A stretch of DNA of 64,000 nucleotides from the human T2T-CHM13v2.0 reference genome, Homo sapiens. The position numbers and the translations under genes are program-made. The stretch is taken from NCBI RefSeq assembly GCF_009914755.1, contig NC_060929.1. One strand, 5' to 3'. Positions 60,001-64,000 of the stretch are shown piece by piece (the stretch's first letter is position 1; each line of letters opens with the position of its first letter). The notes under the pieces are model-generated. The model ran no database searches. It had not been told where the DNA came from and was given only the letters and a program-made list of their open reading frames with translations.

Positions 60001-63000
60001 CTCGCTCACTCCAGGATTCAACTCTAAACTGGACATTTCCTAGCTGAAATAATCACAAAACTGCAACAACAGAGCAAAAGAGAGGTAAGGAAGACGAAGC
60101 CGCAGGCAGCCTGTCACCTGTATAGGTGCTAAGTGTGTTCTAAGCCATCTTCAGGAACCTTGCACAGAAATATATTGTGGTGGTCTTAGTTTAGGACAAA
60201 GCACAAAACTTACAAGAAATTAAGGCCAACCAGTAACTCCTTGAAACAAACGAGCTTTGTGGGGTCATTTGAAAAAATTCAACTAGGAAATAACAACAAC
60301 AGTAACACAGCAAAAGCATCTCACCCAGTACTGATGTCATTCCTGAATCTCGTGGTTTCTTTCCAGTTTGTACCAATAGAATGCACAGGAAAAGGCTTCG
60401 CTGTGCTTAGCAGGTTCCGATGTGAGGCATCAGAATATGGGTCGCAGATGGAAGAGGTGCCCATCCATCCAGAGCCGGTATTTGGTCCCAAATTCCACAG
60501 CCACAGAGTTCTGCACATGCTCTCCCGTGACAGCTGGATAGGGATGGCCTCCTGAGAAGCCACAGGCTATGGCCCTGCCAGCCTGGCACTGAGGCAGGGC
60601 GACACTTCCAGCTGAAGGGAGTGTTCTTCAATACCTCTGGCTGAAGGAAGCTGTGCTGGGAGGGGTGACATCAAGAGTGCAGGCACCGCAGCCCCATGTT
60701 CTGCGTCTCAGCTGCAGAGCCATGAATGGTTCCGCTGGGAACAGGTCCCGGCCTCTGAGCTCACAACTTGCAGTTGACGTAGCTTTAGTGATGATTCTTT
60801 GATCATCATCTACAGTCTCCTGGCAGGACACAGGGAGGTGTGAGCAGCTGACCCCGTCTGACGACTCAGACCTGACTTGCTCAGGAGAGCCAGCCCGATC
60901 CGGTCCACTTTCTTGAGGTCTGACGTCCAATCCACCTCACTGGGTTCCAACAGATCTCCACTTTTGGAGGAAGGATCTTCACTTGATCTAAGGTTAGGTT
61001 TTACATCTTTAGGCTTGCTACTCAGAGAAGTAGTTGCAGTCATTTTTTCATATCAGTCGTTTGGGATCATAGATGGTAATGTTCCTTTATGTTCCTTTTC
61101 CTATATTCTGAAATGGAAATTCTCTCAATTTTTCCACAGCCTATTCCTTGGACAGGGCTGGGCTGGCTTGAATAACTGTGGTGCTCATCTCATTGGTGGT
61201 ATCACTCTGAGTGTGACAAAATTTTAAAAATAATCAGATAAACTGAATACAACAAATTCAAGTCATGCTGATATAAACTCGGGTAATGTAATAAAGGAAT
61301 CTACACGGGTTATCTTTCTGAATTAGATGTGGTATACACAAAGGAGTTATTTTGCAACGGGAAATGCAGGCTATTAGAAAATTTATGTTTGTCGCTTTGT
61401 AAAACATAGAATATGAGGAAAATAAACAGGAGGTATACACCAGTCATATCTGAAATTTACATAAAGGACCAGAGTCAAGTAAGTTTTTGAAAATGTGAGG
61501 GACTTGTGTAAACTTTATAATGAAAATCTAAATACATTAGTCACGAGGCAGAGTGGGGGTTGGAGGCGCAGCCGGCTCGCAGGGCCCCGCCCTTCCTCTG
61601 TCCCTGCTGCTGCCTGTGCTTGAAGAGCCAAAGATGTTAACTCTCATGTGGACCCGTCCCTTTCCTGTGTCTAAATGCATGTGGCTCTAATAACGCATGA
61701 CTTATCGCGGTCATTCCACAGCACTGGACATTTGGGAGAGCCTAGTACTAGCGGTGGGTAGAATAATTTCTCCTATGGCCCCTTCTGAGCCTATTCACAA
61801 TAAGGCTGGGCTTGGCAGGCCAAGGAGCACTGTGGCTCCTTCCAGTTATAGAGGAGCCCAGGCCCTGCGGTTGGTGGCACAGCATCTTCACAGGCTAAAG
61901 CTCAAAACGCCATGACCCGCCGTTCTGCAGACCTAAGACAGGTTGTACTTTCACTGTCAAGATTATGCTGATCAGCAGCCTAACTGCTTCCTTTCATGCT
62001 CTTATCCCTTCAGGTTTCATTTATCTTTTTTGTCACTTTTCTTCCATCACTTCTATCACACTTCTTAGCCTTTACTCTAAAATGGGCTGCTGTTTATAAT
62101 GACTCATTTACCAGAACATTTCTTTCGCTCAGGACAGAATTTTTAAGGTGGACAAGCAAAGCCTAAAGTCCCTTCCAGCCCTGCAATACTATGGGGTCTA
62201 CACAGAAGTAGAAGACTGCTCTTCTCACTCATTGGCTTTGCTTCAACAAATGGTTCGGCTTCTGCCGTGATGAAGACCAGCTCACTCAAACCTTGGTTCC
62301 TATGAAAGTAACTGAAGAGCTTCCAGAATACAATGATAGTCCCAAAGGGATCTGATGTGGCTGAGTAGGGCAACCTCAGAAACACCATCAGAAACAATGA
62401 AAACCATACAACAAATGTGCTCATCATATACTTACAACCAGATCTCAAGTCTTCAGTCATCTCATCACATTTTGTTTGCTCGTAAAAGATGTGTGACAGG
62501 CAAGGTCCATGACCCCTCTGCCCTCTTCATTTTCATAGACCACATTCTGTGTGAGATTCATTTCTAAAAAACAGAATTCCAAAACTATCCATTGACACAT
62601 GTAACAACTAAAATGATACGACATTCTCACATAATTGTTTTATCTAGATGACTGCCTTAATTACCAACAGCACTGAAATCTGCCCAAAATGTGTTGGAAA
62701 AAGAAAAATCCATTTCCCCAAATGAAAATATCTCTTTTATGGCAGACAAGCCAGCTGTGCTCATGAAAACAAGTCAATAATTGAGACTGAGAAATAAAGA
62801 AAAAAATGCTAAGACATAGAAAGGTACATTTCCACTAGAACTCTGATGAAAGGTACGATTTCTGAGCAATTCTCCCTATACTAGTATATTTGAAATTTTG
62901 TCTGAACTATAAAACACTTAAATATTCCAACCTAAAAGACTGACACAGCCCACATGAATATACACCCTATCCAAAATGTACAAATATCTGTTTCTCTTTT

Positions 63001-63014
63001 TTTATAGTTACAAT

Positions 63015-63530
63015 GACAGTTTGTTATAAAGGATACAAATGAAGAGCCAGGTGAAGAGATACTCAGGGCAGCAAGGTCTGGAGGGGTCCAGGGTACAGAG
63101 CTTCTGTGCCCTCTCCAACTGGTCTGTCTGTCTAGCACATCAATAGATTCACCAACCAGGAAGCTCTCCAAGCCTTATTGCTGAGTTTTTATCTAGGTTT
63201 CATTTTATAGGTGTAATTGCTTAAATCATTGGCCATGTGACTGGGCTCAATTCTAGCCCCCTTCCTCTCCCCAGAGATTGGGAGGGTGAAAATTCCAACC
63301 CCCGAATTACATGATTGGTTTTTCTGGCAAACAGCCTTTATCCTGAAGCCATCCAGCCCATCTCCCCGCCCCACATCCATGAGCCATCTTGCTGGCATAA
63401 ATTCAGGTATGGTCCAAAGGGGTTTGTATGAGTAATGAAAGACACTCTTATTCAGGAAATTCCTAGGGTTTGTGAAGCTCTGTGTCAGGAACTCGGGAGA
63501 AAACCTAAATGTACTTTTAAAGTTTATACC
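63015..63530. mobile_element. ERV LTR fragment, MER21-like
   Basis: aaaggatacaaatgaagagccaggtgaagagat...ttcaccaaccaggaagctctcc...aaatcattggcca resembles the MER21 family. Confidence 0.6.
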
Positions 63531-64000
63531 ACAAGCTTGGAATTTGGGAGTGGTTAGCACCTATTGGAAGTGGTTGGAATCTATCTAAAAGCCTCAGTCA
63601 AAAGTGAGAGGAAGAATTTGATTTTAACATCCTATTACAGTATGAAAGTGCAACAGAACTACTGCAACATAAATGTTAGTTCAGATAGGACAAATACGGC
63701 CTTTCAATTTGGGCATGATTCGTTTTAGATGTTCTTGGATTTTTTCATCAAGTTAGGTGTAAGTGAAAGGACATGAAGCAAATCAAAGAACTTGTTGAAA
63801 AATTGCATCCCTGATAACTAGCGACATATTTTTCATGTTTGTTATAAATACCCTGTAGGTACTGCCTCCAGTGAACCAATTTAAATAAGATTCCCTGGGT
63901 ATCGAAGCCGTGAGAACACGGGAATATATTGAGAAGGACATTTTCCTACTTTGAAAGGTTTGTACTTGGAATATATGTGCTTGTATATCTTAAAAGAGGT

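Noticed and set aside
61560-62340. Possible further CEP192 exon remnants between the 62436 and 61206 exons
   Set aside because: Only weak peptide resemblance and no clear splice sites; needs alignment.

Overview
This is primate (human-like) genomic DNA rich in Alu, L1 and LTR repeats, so nearly all ORFs in the six-frame track are spurious. All protein matches below are recalled from memory, not obtained by alignment. (1) 2.5-19.8 kb, + strand: the 3' coding exons of a FAM153-family gene, best matching FAM153B (chr5q35 segmental-duplication cluster). It is built from six tandem units, each with a 71/77-nt exon plus a 25/31-nt micro-exon, and ends in ...[17 protein letters not shown]. (2) 22.9-31.3 kb, + strand: decayed CEP192-derived exons with introns retained. 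(3) 35.6-36.3 kb, - strand: a processed SEPHS1 pseudogene fragment split by an Alu. (4) 37.4-41.5 kb: a solo LTR, a strongly G-skewed degenerate minisatellite and a CpG/GC-rich block. (5) 42-50 kb: L1, MST-type MaLR and a MER41-like ERV remnant with env. (6) 50.2-62.6 kb, - strand: a second, larger unprocessed CEP192 pseudogene (probably the annotated LOC643201-type locus), converging on the first copy and containing an exon-order-scrambling internal duplication. I see no prokaryotic-type system and cannot claim a new biological system. The most interesting structures are the frame-symmetric exon-doublet array, the inverted pair of CEP192 pseudogenes, and several readable rearrangement junctions.
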